50,804 bases of DNA from Candidatus Bilamarchaeaceae archaeon. GTDB taxonomy: Archaea > Micrarchaeota > Micrarchaeia > Anstonellales > Bilamarchaeaceae. Position 1 is the first letter of the stretch. The number at the start of each line of letters is the position of its first letter. The position numbers and the translations under genes were made by a program. Location of the stretch: contig JAWCKZ010000006.1 in the NCBI GenBank assembly GCA_038851325.1, positions 1 through 50,804 of the forward strand, read 5' to 3'. Below the pieces are notes generated by a model that was given only the letters and a program-made list of their open reading frames with translations, ran no database searches and was not told where the DNA came from. This document shows, in pieces, positions 48,993 to 50,804 of the stretch.

Positions 48993-50690
48993 ATGCGAAA
49001 ACTGGCTATCCTTATTCTTTTTCTTACTCTCATAGCCCATGCTGAAAATTATGTTGTGGTTAACTCGATGGACGGGAGGGATGTTCTCTCAGGAATATTC
49101 TATGCAAACGTCAAGGGCTACCCAGTCAAGTTCATGCCATACCCAGAGGGAAGCCCAGATCTACTCGCAGCGAAAGTTGGCGGTAGCCACAATATCCTGC
49201 TTATTCAGTCAGAGGCAAAACCAGTTAGCGCCTTTCTAAGAGACGTGCTTGAAAGACGAAATAACAGCGTGGAGCTCTATACATCTGCTGATGCTGGGAA
49301 CACAAATCTTGACCTTGCAGCGCGTTCTGGTGCAAAGAAGTTCATAATTGTTGATTCTGCCTATGCAGATGGCGCGTTATCAGTTATGTCCTACGCAGCC
49401 ATGGAAAGAGCATATGTGATACTTTCCACAAAGGATAACGCAAAACGGATAAGAGAGATTGTAAAGGACGCTGACGAGATTACAATCTACGGCTATGTTG
49501 ACAGTGAGGTAAAAGAGCAACTCGCTGATTTGAACCCAAGATACATCGGAAATGGCGAGGACAGATACGCAGATAATGTCGAAATATCCCGAATGCTAAT
49601 GGAAAAATATAACATAACCATGGTTATTTTCACAGAGGGAACATTCATCGAGGAAGGGATGGTTTCGAGCAGAGTTCCATTTATTTTTAGTGGCCGTGTT
49701 GTTCCTGATGTTACCTACAATTTTGTAAAGGAGCAGGTAAGGGAAGACAGGCTGAAGATCGCTTATCTCATAGGCGGGACAAAGATCGCGCCTGCGATCC
49801 GTGCCATGCGTGCACGTATAGAAACAGAACTCTTAAACGAAGGCATGAATAAAACATTCGGTCTGTGGGTAAGGTATGGCCAGGCTGTTCCCAGCGCTGC
49901 CGGGGGCGTGCTAGGTCTTGACACCTTTCCACTCCCTGCCTACATCCCGAAGTTGAATATCTCAGAGGTGGTTTATAACAGGGCTTCGAAAAGCCTTATG
50001 ATTCGTCTTGATAATCTGGGCGATGGACCAGCTTATTTCATAACTGAGATCAAGATACAGGTTAACGGCCAGGACTATCGCGTCCTTGGCGAGAACGAGA
50101 CAAAGCTCATCGAATACGGCGATGTTGCCGGACTTGAGTATCCTCTTGACCTCTCAGAGGTGGAAGAGGGTAACGTGACTGCAGTGGTCATCGTGAAGTA
50201 CGGAAGCACAAAAAGCGTGCTTGAAGAGTATTCGTACTATTCCGGTCCGATAGCCGAAATAGAGTATGTGGACAAATCGAATGTTACTGCGAAATCAGCG
50301 AGATACGATGGTTCAAGGAAAGTTATTCAGGTGACGATAAGAAACAATGAAAACAAAAGCGTTTATGTCTCTTCTGATGTTGAGCTTATACTTGACGGCG
50401 AACTGGTTAGAATCCGAGGTCCGAGGAATGATGCACTTGAGCCAAATATGATTGCAGTGCAGGATTTCCCAGTTGAGCTGTCAAGCGAAGACCTTGCAAC
50501 CAACAAAAACATAACAGTCTATCTTAAATACGGAGGGAGACCAGGCTTTCTGTCGAAGGAAAGCACTACCGTTCTTCCGCTAGAATACGAAGAATTCCCA
50601 TTGTGGTGCATAGGGGGTATAATCGCAATTATCCTGGCAGTGATCTTACTCGTGGTTTATTACTACTTGAAAGAGAAGAAAAAAGGGTGA
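48993..50690 (+). CDS. Surface protein with cell-wall-binding-repeat-2-like N-terminal region, Ig-like domains and C-terminal TM anchor
   Basis: Signal peptide; GEDRYADN and YLIGG motifs; C-terminal IGGIIAIILAVILLVVYYYLKEKKKG. Confidence 0.75.
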   Translation: MRKLAILILFLTLIAHAENYVVVNSMDGRDVLSGIFYANVKGYPVKFMPYPEGSPDLLAAKVGGSHNILLIQSEAKPVSAFLRDVLERRNNSVELYTSADAGNTNLDLAARSGAKKFIIVDSAYADGALSVMSYAAMERAYVILSTKDNAKRIREIVKDADEITIYGYVDSEVKEQLADLNPRYIGNGEDRYADNVEISRMLMEKYNITMVIFTEGTFIEEGMVSSRVPFIFSGRVVPDVTYNFVKEQVREDRLKIAYLIGGTKIAPAIRAMRARIETELLNEGMNKTFGLWVRYGQAVPSAAGGVLGLDTFPLPAYIPKLNISEVVYNRASKSLMIRLDNLGDGPAYFITEIKIQVNGQDYRVLGENETKLIEYGDVAGLEYPLDLSEVEEGNVTAVVIVKYGSTKSVLEEYSYYSGPIAEIEYVDKSNVTAKSARYDGSRKVIQVTIRNNENKSVYVSSDVELILDGELVRIRGPRNDALEPNMIAVQDFPVELSSEDLATNKNITVYLKYGGRPGFLSKESTTVLPLEYEEFPLWCIGGIIAIILAVILLVVYYYLKEKKKG

Positions 50691-50804
50691 GTGCGGTTGG
50701 GTAACCAGCTGAGGTTAAAACGCCTCTCTCTTACGCAAGGAGAGGGAAGAATAGGAAGTTTACCCTTCTTCCCAGTGTTCTTCATTCCAATCCTCCTACC
50801 CTTT

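Noticed and set aside
50691..50804. Possible gene end or hairpins at the right edge
   Set aside because: Too short and truncated to assign

Overview
This is an archaeal chromosome segment, most likely DPANN (Micrarchaeota-like). That placement is inferred from rpl7ae/rps28e/rpl24e, archaeal ppcA, a form III-like RuBisCO, PolX and tRNAs with introns at non-canonical positions. The housekeeping backbone is ferritin-like, ogg, asnS, ppcA, ndk, r-proteins, aspS, surE, pyrG, polX, srp54, a phosphohexomutase and hppA, plus four intron-containing tRNAs missed by the ORF track: Cys(GCA), Arg(CCT), Asp(GTC) and Ala(CGC). Unusual parts: (i) a tight operon of six paralogous polytopic membrane proteins with CedA/VirB6-like and pilin-like features, directly upstream of RuBisCO; (ii) an ~11 kb block of orphan giant proteins ending in an 1866-aa secreted protein with a beta-barrel-like C-terminal half, next to a SecB-like gene and a divergent VirB11/FlaI-type ATPase; (i) and (ii) together are a candidate cell-contact/DNA-transfer apparatus; (iii) an archaeal PPR-repeat protein; (iv) an AT-rich two-gene cassette flanked by 89-bp hairpin direct repeats whose 16-bp end motif recurs after the PPR gene; (v) two copies of a TIR-bounded covarying structured element (MITE or ncRNA); (vi) a 154-nt multi-hairpin tRNA-Cys intron; (vii) a K-turn over the L7Ae ribosome-binding site. 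All family assignments are by eye from motifs; no database search was run.
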